DNA of 64,000 nucleotides from a virus (lineage: Duplodnaviria; Caudoviricetes), in the IMG/VR virus record IMGVR_UViG_3300027969_000040; one strand, 5' to 3'. Under the pieces are notes generated by a model. The model did not search any database. It saw only the letters and a program-made list of their open reading frames with translations, and was not told the origin of the DNA. Below, piece after piece: positions 27,342 through 37,166 of this stretch. Each line of letters starts with the position of its first letter. Within the stretch, counting starts at the first letter, position 1. The position numbers and the translations under genes were made by a program.

Positions 27342-28352
27342 TTACTTCTGACGATTACGAATCATTGCTAGGATATCTTCTGCACGTTGGCTTGAAGTAG
27401 CCGGTGCTGCAACAGGTGCTGTTGGAGTAGGTGCTGTTGGAGTAGGCTCTGCTGGTGTAAAAGATTTCTCAGCTGCCGATACATCATCTTCCCAAGGAGT
27501 AGATTCTGCCGGTGCTGCTGCTGCCGGTTTAGCTGATGGTGCAGCATCACTGAAGTTCATGCCGCTAGGCTTAAAATATTGTCCCCAACGCTCTGGATCA
27601 TATTCTGCGCCATTAACACTGGCTTCAAACATTTCCTTCATTACTTTGAGTTCAACTTCGCCTGGCTTCTTGGGCATAAATTCAGATAGATTAAACAATC
27701 CAAATTTTTCAATTGCATCTTGTTCAGCATTAGTCAATGCGCTTTCTTTACGAGCCCACTTACTAGTGTTGTAGTCACTATAACCACCCTTGGTAGTCTT
27801 AGTAACTGTAAAGTCAAGCCCAGCATTGTAGTCTGTAGGCATGTTTTCAAGATCGGGATCCATTATTGCACTTTTGATTAAGTTAAAAATCTGAGGACTG
27901 ATAATGAAACGACGTATTGGATTCTCTGGAGTCTTTTCATCGCTCAATGGATTCTCACGCACGAAACCCTGGAACAAATAGGATTTTTTCTTCCAGTATT
28001 TACGGCCCATTTCTTCCAATGCTGGGTCTTTAAACCAAGGACGGACTTCTGCCAAGATAGGGCATGGTACATCTTTACCGTACATTTCCATACATGGAAC
28101 CTGCACTTGCACAGGACGGCTATCAGCTTGACCTTTAACGCCAACAAATGACAATTTGATCATTTCACGTTGAACCCAGAAGTATGAATTTTTTGGGTCT
28201 GCGTCGGGTAAGAAACGGATTTTTGCACTAGTACCTTCTTGGATATTCCAGTGCGGATAAATGGGCGATTCGCCATTTGATTGTGAACCAGTTGAGCCAC
28301 GGTTCTCGGCTGCTTGCAATTTTGCGCGGATTTCTGCTAGAGTAGTTGCCAT
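27342..28352 (-). CDS. gp32-like single-stranded DNA-binding protein
   Basis: IRFLPD, CPIL, YWKKKSY, KGGYSDYNTSKW; beside uvsX. Confidence 0.85.
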   Translation of the reverse strand: MATTLAEIRAKLQAAENRGSTGSQSNGESPIYPHWNIQEGTSAKIRFLPDADPKNSYFWVQREMIKLSFVGVKGQADSRPVQVQVPCMEMYGKDVPCPILAEVRPWFKDPALEEMGRKYWKKKSYLFQGFVRENPLSDEKTPENPIRRFIISPQIFNLIKSAIMDPDLENMPTDYNAGLDFTVTKTTKGGYSDYNTSKWARKESALTNAEQDAIEKFGLFNLSEFMPKKPGEVELKVMKEMFEASVNGAEYDPERWGQYFKPSGMNFSDAAPSAKPAAAAPAESTPWEDDVSAAEKSFTPAEPTPTAPTPTAPVAAPATSSQRAEDILAMIRNRQK

Positions 28353-28448
28353 GATGTGTTTCCTTTATAAATTAAGATGGTCTTTAAGTTTGCTTAGATA
28401 CATTCAGAAATTAGAATGTAACATATGTATTTAGTACATACGTAAGGC

Positions 28449-28477
28449 AGTATATAATAATATATAAAGAAAGTCAA
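28449..28477 (-). promoter_or_regulatory. Sigma70-type promoter for the ssb-uvsX operon
   Basis: TTGACT-17-TATACT; CTAAATA late motif nearby at 28428-28434. Confidence 0.65.
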
Positions 28478-28479
28478 CA

Positions 28480-28505
28480 AATTTGGGCATCAATCTGCCC
28501 AAATT
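28480..28505 (-). terminator. Intrinsic terminator
   Basis: aatttgggca/tgcccaaatt 10-bp stem directly after a stop codon. Confidence 0.6.
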
Positions 28506-28506
28506 G

Positions 28507-30003
28507 TTAAAGTCCTGCTAACCGCTTTAATGCCGCTAGTTCAGCTAATGGTTTGCCGGGTAATGGCATAGGCTGTGGTAACACTCCAGGCTGAGGTGGT
28601 GCCTTTGGTTGGGGCGGTGGTGCAGTAGGAGTTGGAGTCGGTTCTGCAGGTTCCGGTGCAGGCGCCGGAGGTGGTGGTAGCTCTGGCTGAGGTTCTTGTT
28701 CCGGATCTGTTTCACTTTTAAAAGAAGAGGGATATCCATTGTCTTGTAGCCAGTCGTGTATAACCGGTCTGGCATCAACTGAGTTTCCAATATCGTCACC
28801 CAATTTTTTAATTTTCGAAAACAAATCTTCGTTATTATTTGGTATAAACGGTTTGATAGCATTAATAGCATCTAACCCATCGATTCCCACTTCAATTGGT
28901 TTCTGCATTAATTTTCCTATTCCAGAAATATCAATGTCTTCGTCACCGGTTACTTCGTCTGCCCAATCGTCAAACTCTTTAATGTATTTGTTTTCTTCAG
29001 TCATTTTGTGTTGAGTGTAAGCCCTATGAACATAAGGTAATGCGTTAGTTAATCTGTCATCAAACATCTTTTTAACAAAACGATTTTTTAATTCTTCGAG
29101 GTCGTATTGTTCTTCAATTGGTGCAGAAGGTTGAAAAGTTTCTGCGAAATTCTCATAACCTCTTGAACCTCCCAATTTTTTTAAATCCGAACGTAAATTA
29201 TGGTATCTTGAAATAGCTGCTTCTACCATTGCTTGTGTTTCATTATCTTCAAATACACGATTTTTTGTGCCACGTACAAAGAAAGCCAAGTTACCCATTT
29301 CATTCACTATGCCAACGATATGTTTACTAACGTCGTCGTGTATTAGTCCGCCGTGAGCTAAATGTTCTGCCATTGCTCGGCCAGCATTTACCCTTTTAAA
29401 GGGCAATAGAAAACGTTCGCCTAGCTCAGTTTCTATAAACATATTATGAATTTTACGTGATCTAGAACCTGGAATTTCTTCGTTAACAGGGTCGCTATGA
29501 CGTATAACTAATTTAACTGGCCCAAATTCTTGTATGCTGGTACGACTATTGTTATAGAATTGACTTTCGTTAACTGATTGAGTAGCTTTGTCGTTTGTAT
29601 CATAAGACGACATTGTATTAGCTATACTCTTTAAATCTCTAATAGTTAAATTATCTGCGCTAATATCCCTAACATCAAACTTCATCATATTACGTTTAGC
29701 AAAATATCTAAGCGACTTTAAAAAGTTAAACCATTCTTTAACATCTGCTTCTTGCTCTTGTATTTTATCAGTTAGATTTGAACTGTACCAAATTTTCAAA
29801 CTTTCTTCATCCAAAATGCTCATGGTAATATTACCATAATTTACACCGTCTGCTGATTTATAATCAAAGTTAAAAAATCTAGCTAAACTTGGATTATCGT
29901 CTTTGGGTTCTTCTACATTTTCATCACCCAAACTTATATCGTCAAATCGACTACGAATTTTATCAAAAAGTTCTTCTGCTATTCTATCTATATTATTTTT
30001 CAT
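28507..30003 (-). CDS. Putative virion/head protein with Pro-rich linker
   Basis: 498 aa; CTAAATA upstream; ends LAALKRLAGL. Confidence 0.6.
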   Translation of the reverse strand: MKNNIDRIAEELFDKIRSRFDDISLGDENVEEPKDDNPSLARFFNFDYKSADGVNYGNITMSILDEESLKIWYSSNLTDKIQEQEADVKEWFNFLKSLRYFAKRNMMKFDVRDISADNLTIRDLKSIANTMSSYDTNDKATQSVNESQFYNNSRTSIQEFGPVKLVIRHSDPVNEEIPGSRSRKIHNMFIETELGERFLLPFKRVNAGRAMAEHLAHGGLIHDDVSKHIVGIVNEMGNLAFFVRGTKNRVFEDNETQAMVEAAISRYHNLRSDLKKLGGSRGYENFAETFQPSAPIEEQYDLEELKNRFVKKMFDDRLTNALPYVHRAYTQHKMTEENKYIKEFDDWADEVTGDEDIDISGIGKLMQKPIEVGIDGLDAINAIKPFIPNNNEDLFSKIKKLGDDIGNSVDARPVIHDWLQDNGYPSSFKSETDPEQEPQPELPPPPAPAPEPAEPTPTPTAPPPQPKAPPQPGVLPQPMPLPGKPLAELAALKRLAGL

Positions 30004-30035
30004 AGGTATAACCCTGTGTTGCTATGTATATTTAG

Positions 30036-31601
30036 TTAAAACATTATGAAGGGCATAGGCATCATGGTTTCGTCGTTCACGTCTTTAAGATGATTATCCA
30101 AAGTAGGATCATAATTTTGCAAAATTGATAACATACGTATAACTAACAACATGCTCATTACCAGATCGTCAGTTTCCCCAATTTTTGCTGCAAATGAGCC
30201 ACCTGACGCAACAAATGTCTTTAGTTCACTAATTAAATTTGAACTGCCAATGAACAATTTTTTATGCTCAACCATGCTTTTAAACTTAACGCAGGCAGTA
30301 ATTTTGCTTTTATTGGTAGTAGTAAACCCTTTACGATAGCGCCTTGCTTGCCCTACTCTTGCTGGCTCACTTAAAAATACTCCGCGTATGTTTTCCTCAC
30401 CAACTTCTGCAATTGCAATCAATGCGGCTTCGCCAATTGAATTGTTTTCTACGCTATAATATATGTCAGTTTCTGTACCAATTTGTTCATACAGATAATT
30501 ACATATTTCTTTAAGCACATATATTTGTCCGGGGATAGGTGTACGATTATGTTGCCATTCGGCCACTTGTCGACACGATGGTAATTCAACTACCTGCAAT
30601 GCTGCAAAGTCTCCACCAGTACCTAAACTAGGATCTAATCCTATCATATAGGTGCATCCTTTTTTGGGTTTAGAAAACCAACGTATCTGACCTTGTTTTT
30701 CAATTGGGTTACTAGGCTCTAAATCTAATAATGTTGACGCATTTATTAATGTTTCATCATAAATCAAAAATTCGCAATCGTGTTCACGCCTGAATCTGTC
30801 TGGGCCAATACGTCCGCGTTCTTCTGATGCCCATTTTTCGTCACGATCCGGATGCTCGTCCCATGTTGACCGATATGCTTTAAATCCGTTAATACCCAAC
30901 GTAGTAGTATTACCGTACTCGTCTAGACATTTATTTGCTTCTTTCCAAAGTATAGCAAACTGATCCTCGTCGCTGTTAGGCGTTGATGTGATAATTGCTT
31001 TACCACCAGTGCTAAGTGTAGGCGAAATACTAGTCCAGAACTCTTTGGCAATGGTAGGTCTCACGTAAGCAAACTCATCCGAGTATAGTAATGATATAGA
31101 CATACCACGACCTGTTGTTTCGGTGGTTGTTTGTGCTACTATACGCGATCCATTTTCAAATTCTATACTACCTTTATTGTAGTTAGTAACTCCGGCACGT
31201 ATAAAATCAGGAACAGATTCATATGCATAGCGTATACGTTGCATAATTTCCTGAGCACCTGTGTATTTGTGTGCTGCAACCAGGATAGTGCTGTCAGGAA
31301 CAAACATAGCATACCATAATAAGTATCCAGCTGCACTAGTAGTTTTACCTGTTTGACGAGGCATTAGACTTATGCTGAAACGAAAATTATGATATGTATC
31401 AATTAATCTGGCTTGATACGGAAAAGGGTGATACAATATCCTACCTTGAACAGGATGTTGTATGTAAAAATACTTGTTCATGAAATGCTGCGGACCATCG
31501 ATTGGGTCCGCGCATTTAACAAACTCTTGTAGTTCATCCTCAGTGAAAGAGGATATAGTAAAAGGTTTTTTGACTAACGCAAATTCGGGTGCTTTACTCA
31601 T
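30036..31601 (-). CDS. Terminase large subunit (gp17-like)
   Basis: PRQTGKTT, LLYSDEFA, STPNS, IGLDPS, DDLVMS. Confidence 0.95.
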   Translation of the reverse strand: MSKAPEFALVKKPFTISSFTEDELQEFVKCADPIDGPQHFMNKYFYIQHPVQGRILYHPFPYQARLIDTYHNFRFSISLMPRQTGKTTSAAGYLLWYAMFVPDSTILVAAHKYTGAQEIMQRIRYAYESVPDFIRAGVTNYNKGSIEFENGSRIVAQTTTETTGRGMSISLLYSDEFAYVRPTIAKEFWTSISPTLSTGGKAIITSTPNSDEDQFAILWKEANKCLDEYGNTTTLGINGFKAYRSTWDEHPDRDEKWASEERGRIGPDRFRREHDCEFLIYDETLINASTLLDLEPSNPIEKQGQIRWFSKPKKGCTYMIGLDPSLGTGGDFAALQVVELPSCRQVAEWQHNRTPIPGQIYVLKEICNYLYEQIGTETDIYYSVENNSIGEAALIAIAEVGEENIRGVFLSEPARVGQARRYRKGFTTTNKSKITACVKFKSMVEHKKLFIGSSNLISELKTFVASGGSFAAKIGETDDLVMSMLLVIRMLSILQNYDPTLDNHLKDVNDETMMPMPFIMF

Positions 31602-31671
31602 AAGTTAAATGTACTTATATGTACATAATTAACTGGTGACTATTTTGTTAGCAATAGCCACCCGAATTGTA

Positions 31672-33606
31672 TTATTTTGACTTTTTAACGTCTGTGTCGG
31701 CTTTTTTAGCCAACCCCATTGCAGCAGCGTATCCAGGAATTTTCATCATTCTTTTTAATCTTTCTGGATCTTTTGCAGTTTCAGTACCTGCGGCAGCCAG
31801 TCTTGCCTGACGAGCTACAAATTCTTTTTTAGATTCCGTATTGGCTTCATCTAATATTGCGCTTTCGCGGGCGATCTTCCGAATCTCCTTGCCTGTTGTA
31901 TCAGCCACCCATTCGTAATCATCAAGTACACTCTTAACATCATAGCTATCAATGCCTAGTTGTTCTGCAATTTCATCATCTGAAAGACCTTGATTGTACA
32001 ACTTAATTATCTTTTGTTTAATGTTTGATACGCCTTCCGCCACACCTTGCTGCGGTCCTGCTTTTTTGTCAGCGGCCGCAGACGTCATTGGCTCATCTGT
32101 ATTACCGTTTTTATTCAAATCTAAAAAGTCTGGCTTAGCCTTTTTGCTTACAACTTTTAGTTCATTTAATTGTGCCATTAGTCTGCGTTCGATTTCGGCT
32201 AATTTTTGTTGTTCTGCTAGGTTTCCAATTGCAACTGGTGCACCAACTGTTTGACTATGTTTTTTTCTATGCATATCGTTACCCGAATTGAATTGCACTT
32301 CTGCACTTTGTGTAATTGGATATGGTTCGTTAGCATATTCGTCTAGTTCAATATCAACAACTTCTGGTTCCATTTCATGACTAGCACCACCATCAAGTAA
32401 GCCAGAAAGTTTTAATATTTGAGCTAGTTCTTCTGCTGCTTGCCCTTGTGCAGATACAGTCAGCGACTTACTTCCGGTTTTGGTATCCATTGAACTGTTA
32501 ATGTTCATACCAGTTTCTTCTGGCTGAGCCATCATTGCTTGGTCGTAGCATTCTTCTAGATTTTTGCTTTCGTTGGCGGCATGATGACGTTTCCATGCAG
32601 TAGAATACAATGTCTTTAATCCTTTTTCTTCGCCATATTGTTTAATAAAGCGTTCCTTATTTGCTTTAACCCAGCCCTCTTGTCCTGGCGCTGTTACTTC
32701 ATCAACTTGTTCTTCTGCCATTGCTTGATCAAATGATTCATTTAATCCGCGTGGACCAGCTGGGCCTTTGGGCATAGTAACTGGCTTTAGTCCGTTAAAA
32801 TTGTTATTACCAATTCCGGCAAGTTTTTGTATCTGTCCTATTTCTCCAGAACGAACTTGATCTAACCCTAATGGGAAGTTACCTCCTCTTGCATTACTCT
32901 TTCTCTTAATAGCAGGGATCATTACTGGATTAACAACACTACCACTTTCTTCAACTTCTTCTTCTTTCTCGCCGCCTTCGTTGGTCTTGGGAAAATTTGG
33001 ATTGTCCCATGCCTTCTTTTCTTGTCTATTTTTATACCAATCGGCTGCCTTTGTAATACCTTTACCAATTGTAGCGCCAATTGCTGCTCCACCTGCCGCT
33101 GCAAGAGTGCCCGCCATTGGATGTGATGCTAACTGATTTAGTGTATCAATATCAAATTCATCTAATTCTTTTTTTGCTGGTTCGTTTTGAGGTGCAAAAC
33201 GATTATCTTGATATTTTTTTAAAGCAGCACCTGTATGTATAGCTTCTTCTACATGATCGCCGTGGACTGGGCAATCCGTATCTTCTTTATCATCGGTGCA
33301 AGTACATTCGTCGGCTTCTTCTAATTTAGACTTTTTCTTCTTTTTCTTTTTGCCGTCTTCGTCTTGATCGCTATCATCGTCGGATTTATGTCCATCTTCG
33401 GAATCTTGATTACCATAGCTCGTACCTTTAACTCGGGTAACACCACTGGATTTTTCGTCTTTATCTTTGTAAGAACTACTAAACGGATCGTCGCGCTCTT
33501 CTTTTTTCTTGGCTACTTTATCTGCAATATCGTCGCCTTTGCCCTCACCTACAGCGGATGCCGATTCTATACTATCAATTTTTGCTATCATTTTTGCGAA
33601 ATTCAT
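31672..33606 (-). CDS. Putative internal head protein, mosaic of short modules
   Basis: 644 aa, highly charged, many [LVA]xE sites; HTH and EF-hand-like loop. Confidence 0.55.
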   Translation of the reverse strand: MNFAKMIAKIDSIESASAVGEGKGDDIADKVAKKKEERDDPFSSSYKDKDEKSSGVTRVKGTSYGNQDSEDGHKSDDDSDQDEDGKKKKKKKSKLEEADECTCTDDKEDTDCPVHGDHVEEAIHTGAALKKYQDNRFAPQNEPAKKELDEFDIDTLNQLASHPMAGTLAAAGGAAIGATIGKGITKAADWYKNRQEKKAWDNPNFPKTNEGGEKEEEVEESGSVVNPVMIPAIKRKSNARGGNFPLGLDQVRSGEIGQIQKLAGIGNNNFNGLKPVTMPKGPAGPRGLNESFDQAMAEEQVDEVTAPGQEGWVKANKERFIKQYGEEKGLKTLYSTAWKRHHAANESKNLEECYDQAMMAQPEETGMNINSSMDTKTGSKSLTVSAQGQAAEELAQILKLSGLLDGGASHEMEPEVVDIELDEYANEPYPITQSAEVQFNSGNDMHRKKHSQTVGAPVAIGNLAEQQKLAEIERRLMAQLNELKVVSKKAKPDFLDLNKNGNTDEPMTSAAADKKAGPQQGVAEGVSNIKQKIIKLYNQGLSDDEIAEQLGIDSYDVKSVLDDYEWVADTTGKEIRKIARESAILDEANTESKKEFVARQARLAAAGTETAKDPERLKRMMKIPGYAAAMGLAKKADTDVKKSK

Positions 33607-33608
33607 TA

Positions 33609-34190
33609 TTATTTTCCTTTACGTAGGTTAGGTATTGTGTTTTGCTTTGAACCAACCGGACTTGTATTGCCTTGATTGATTGCAGAAGATTTAGCCATCG
33701 GAGCGTCAGCAGCGAATTCATACTTACGGCTCTCTAATTCTTTTAGCATACTTTCTTTGCGTTTTTCACCAACCAATAGTTGAGCACCATCGTCTGATTC
33801 TAAATTGGGGTTGCTTAATACAGACCCATCTTTAGCTTTTTTTGGTTCTGGCATTGGCTCTGCGTTCTCGGCTTGTTTTTTAGTTCTTACTAAAACACGC
33901 TGACGGGGGATACCTAGCTTTTCGGCAACAACTTGTTGTAACTGATCAGTTACAACAGGATATTTAAGTGCTACATCAATCATATGGCACTCGCATGCAC
34001 CCTGACCCGGAAAATCTATGTGCTCTTGAATTGGCAAGCTCTTTGCTTTGCCAACGGTTTCGACAGCATAAATTTCCATAGCACTTTTTAATTTGCTTTG
34101 CATTTCGGTGTTATAATCACAGCCAGCAAGTTTAATATTAAACTCGTATAGCCGATTCATTTCTTGTAAATATTGGGTGAAAGGTTTCAT
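33609..34190 (-). CDS. Putative head/internal protein
   Basis: MKPFTQYLQE resembles the T4 capsid-targeting sequence; TATAAATA at 34212-34219. Confidence 0.55.
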   Translation of the reverse strand: MKPFTQYLQEMNRLYEFNIKLAGCDYNTEMQSKLKSAMEIYAVETVGKAKSLPIQEHIDFPGQGACECHMIDVALKYPVVTDQLQQVVAEKLGIPRQRVLVRTKKQAENAEPMPEPKKAKDGSVLSNPNLESDDGAQLLVGEKRKESMLKELESRKYEFAADAPMAKSSAINQGNTSPVGSKQNTIPNLRKGK

Positions 34191-34219
34191 TGGAAAGATC
34201 CTAATATAGAGTATTTATA

Positions 34220-34738
34220 TCATTTGACAGACTTTGCTGCCTTGGATGATTCTAAAATTTGTGCCAACAACTGATTACGATCTATTACTGTAGCTTGTCC
34301 ATCAATTGTGGGCAATCTAGGATCAGAATTTTTACTGTCAGATGCTTGGTCTAATCTCATTTTTTTCAATTGTAGATCTATCATTCTTAGTTTTTTATCA
34401 ATTTTTGCTTGTTTAGCTGTAATTGCATGCCCTAAGAGCACGCCAGCTGTTTGTAATATTGTGCCGCTAAACCTGGCTTCAACGTTCATCCCTAAGCTCA
34501 TTAGGTCTTCGAATTTTTCTCTAGCTATATTGCTGAGTTCATCTAACTCGTCGTCGGCGCTATCCAAATCTGATACTTGCGGTAATGCTGCATCAATCTT
34601 ATCAATAATATCATTAGCACGGACAAGTTCTGCTTGATTGTTATCAATTATAGATTTTGCAGTATTGATATGAATTTCGGGTTGTTCTATTTGCTCATCG
34701 GCAGGCAAATTGAATAGTTCTTCTAAACGTTTAGTAAT
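34220..34738 (-). CDS. Putative terminase small subunit (gp16-like); possible ATT start
   Basis: Helical coiled coil, IDKKLRMIDLQ...IDRNQLL; in the packaging cluster; the ORF track starts at TTG 34708. Confidence 0.5.
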   Translation of the reverse strand: MTKRLEELFNLPADEQIEQPEIHINTAKSIIDNNQAELVRANDIIDKIDAALPQVSDLDSADDELDELSNIAREKFEDLMSLGMNVEARFSGTILQTAGVLLGHAITAKQAKIDKKLRMIDLQLKKMRLDQASDSKNSDPRLPTIDGQATVIDRNQLLAQILESSKAAKSVK

Positions 34739-34765
34739 TTTATTTCCCCTTTTTGTTATTTATTT

Positions 34766-35197
34766 TTAACGTCGGGTACCGGTGTAAATGTCGTGTTCTG
34801 TTACAATACGAAATACCATTCCACTATTAGCGCAAAATGCACGGGCAGCAGCCCACTTGGCCATGTTTAATGCAACTGCTGCCTTATCTCTAACACTTTT
34901 AGCACTCTCAAAGTTAGTTTCCTTCATTGGTTTAACTTCGACCACCTCGGCATGTTTTTTCTGCGACTTGTCTACATAAATCATTAGAAAGTCTGGTACA
35001 TAGATAGTATTTTTTCCTGTTAACGGATTTCTATAAGGAATCATAAATGGTTCACTTGCCCATTGTATTACCGCAGGATTGTTATCACAGAATGTACAAA
35101 AAGAAAACTCCCACGAACTACGATAAGTAGGAGTTTTCTTTCCTATGTATTTTTCTATATTTTTTATTTGGTACTTACCTTGCGCATATTTGCTCAT
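34766..35197 (-). CDS. Head completion nuclease (T4 gp4, TnsA-like)
   Basis: YRSSWE, WASEP..IPY..P, YVPDF, EVKP. Confidence 0.9.
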   Translation of the reverse strand: MSKYAQGKYQIKNIEKYIGKKTPTYRSSWEFSFCTFCDNNPAVIQWASEPFMIPYRNPLTGKNTIYVPDFLMIYVDKSQKKHAEVVEVKPMKETNFESAKSVRDKAAVALNMAKWAAARAFCANSGMVFRIVTEHDIYTGTRR

Positions 35198-35559
35198 GGA
35201 AGTATCATTCTTTTTACGTATTTACTAACCCTAGGTGAATTTTTTACACCTAAAAAACTTGTTCCTACTCTATTTAAGTTTAAAAACATTGTTATGTATG
35301 CGTTTAGTTCAAAATCATCCATTTTAGTAAAGTCGGATAACACAGCCATTGGATCCAATCGTTGTGCTATACTTGTGTATATAACCGAACTAGCTAAAAT
35401 TTTTGCTGCTTGTTTATTACTACATATTTGTTCAAAGAATCCCAATACAGCATCATCAATATTTTGTGATACTGTAAATCCTGGTTGGAAGAAATTATTA
35501 AAGAACGTCGATGTTGTTGTATTTCCCGACAACGCCGATTGGGTTAAATTATTTGCCAT
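35194..35559 (-). CDS. Hypothetical virion protein
   Basis: 121 aa in the structural operon. Confidence 0.65.
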   Translation of the reverse strand: MANNLTQSALSGNTTTSTFFNNFFQPGFTVSQNIDDAVLGFFEQICSNKQAAKILASSVIYTSIAQRLDPMAVLSDFTKMDDFELNAYITMFLNLNRVGTSFLGVKNSPRVSKYVKRMILP

Positions 35560-35563
35560 ATTT

Positions 35564-37087
35564 TTATTTGATTAAATCTTTTTCTGCTTTTGCTGCCGCA
35601 AGTTGTTGCGTAACTTTGACTAACTCGTCTGTTTTTTTTGTTTTTTCTGCGGTGGCTTTGTCTTTAATGTTGGTTTGTAATTTTATATTTCTTTCTAGTT
35701 GTGCCAATAATGTTGCTTTAGTTGGATTTGTATCTGGTAATGCGTTTGCCGCTGCAAGTTTTGAACTAAGTGCTGCCAATGATGCGGTTGAGTTTTTTAA
35801 TTGTGAATCAGCTCTAGCGGCAGCATCGCTTACGTTTTTTTGCTGTCCTGTTAATGATGAAATTCTACTATCCATTGATCTTTTTTGTGCTGGTACATTT
35901 ACACGTCTCTGATTTGATGATGCTCTTTTAAACAATTCATCGTTTACTATTTTCATTGTTTTTGTCACGGCTATTTGTGCCAATGCTCTACCAATACTAT
36001 TTCTAGGAAACACTCTTGTAAAACTATTCAACTGCCCTCCTACAATTGATTTTAATCCGCGCTTTAAATCAACTTCGGTTGGTAACGGATTTTGCCCATT
36101 AATTAGTTTTATTATACTATTTTTTACATTTATTCCACCAAACGGTGTTGATATCATACCATTACTATTTAATATACTAGGTATAAAAGTATTAATGTTA
36201 GGATTTCCCTGTCTCAATGCACGAGTTACAGCAGTGTTTAAATCATTGGGTAATGCATTCTTTAATGATCCGCTTCTCAATGCGTTTAATCCTACCATAC
36301 TAGCAAACATATTATTACCAAATATACCCGAATTAGTTGCTCTTGGTATGAATGAATTAAACAGACTGTTTCCACTAGGAACTCTATAACCAGTTTTACT
36401 TCTAATAGGACTAGATGTTGTATCGTAGTGTAATGTTGCAATTCCTTTAGGGGTGTCGCCAATGCGTGTGGTGCCAGATTGATATATAACTGCTTCGTAC
36501 TCAACAGTCATTTCATGCTTCATAGTTTCATTTTCTCCCTGTTGATGCAGCCCGTGTCTGAAACTTTTAATAACAGGATTAACTAGTATATATTCGCTGA
36601 ATTGTTTTTTATGCAAACTATAAATTCGAATAGCTTTTAAGAAAGGCATTGAGTTGACAGGAGATAAACCAAAATCTGTAATCTGTTGGTTACTATATTT
36701 TTGTGCCATCCCGTCTTGAGTTAATTCATAATCACTGTCTCTATAATAATATTTAAAATATTTTTCCCAAAAATTTCTAACTACATTAGAACTATCGTCG
36801 TTGAATACTATAGTAACAGGATCGTATTTTACTTTACTTTGTACAATCGAAGCTCTGTTATATGTATTAAAAGTTTTTGTCTCCATTGTATATTTTGGTA
36901 AGTCGGCCGATTTTACCAACATACCAAGTTCGGCTGTTGCAAGAGGGTTGCTCCGATCTCCACCACCTGCTCCAGTGTTTATATCAATGAATACGTGGAA
37001 TAAAAATCCAAATTTTGGAAGTAATCTATATCCATCTCCTACATACAATTGACTTGCATGTTTATAGTCTTTTAATATTGCAGACAT
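35564..37087 (-). CDS. Tail-tube-like baseplate protein (gp48/gp54-like) with long C-terminal extension
   Basis: VKSADLPKYTM...YDPVTIVFNDD tube-like fold; coiled-coil tail; GATAAATA at 37108-37115. Confidence 0.65.
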   Translation of the reverse strand: MSAILKDYKHASQLYVGDGYRLLPKFGFLFHVFIDINTGAGGGDRSNPLATAELGMLVKSADLPKYTMETKTFNTYNRASIVQSKVKYDPVTIVFNDDSSNVVRNFWEKYFKYYYRDSDYELTQDGMAQKYSNQQITDFGLSPVNSMPFLKAIRIYSLHKKQFSEYILVNPVIKSFRHGLHQQGENETMKHEMTVEYEAVIYQSGTTRIGDTPKGIATLHYDTTSSPIRSKTGYRVPSGNSLFNSFIPRATNSGIFGNNMFASMVGLNALRSGSLKNALPNDLNTAVTRALRQGNPNINTFIPSILNSNGMISTPFGGINVKNSIIKLINGQNPLPTEVDLKRGLKSIVGGQLNSFTRVFPRNSIGRALAQIAVTKTMKIVNDELFKRASSNQRRVNVPAQKRSMDSRISSLTGQQKNVSDAAARADSQLKNSTASLAALSSKLAAANALPDTNPTKATLLAQLERNIKLQTNIKDKATAEKTKKTDELVKVTQQLAAAKAEKDLIK

Positions 37088-37120
37088 AAATGTACCTATT
37101 TTAATAATATTTATCTCATA

Positions 37121-37147
37121 AAAAAAGGATCCTAAGGATCCTTTTTT
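37121..37147 (-). terminator. Intrinsic terminator after tail tube
   Basis: aaaaaaggatcc-taa-ggatcctttttt. Confidence 0.75.
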
Positions 37148-37166
37148 TGTTACTTTAGTATTACTT

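Noticed and set aside
28560-28700. Pro-rich stretch as a collagen-like repeat
   Set aside because: There is no G-X-Y periodicity; it is an ordinary flexible linker.
6680-31601. Inteins or introns in uvsW, uvsX or the terminase
   Set aside because: Lengths are ordinary, motifs are contiguous, and no splicing motifs are visible.
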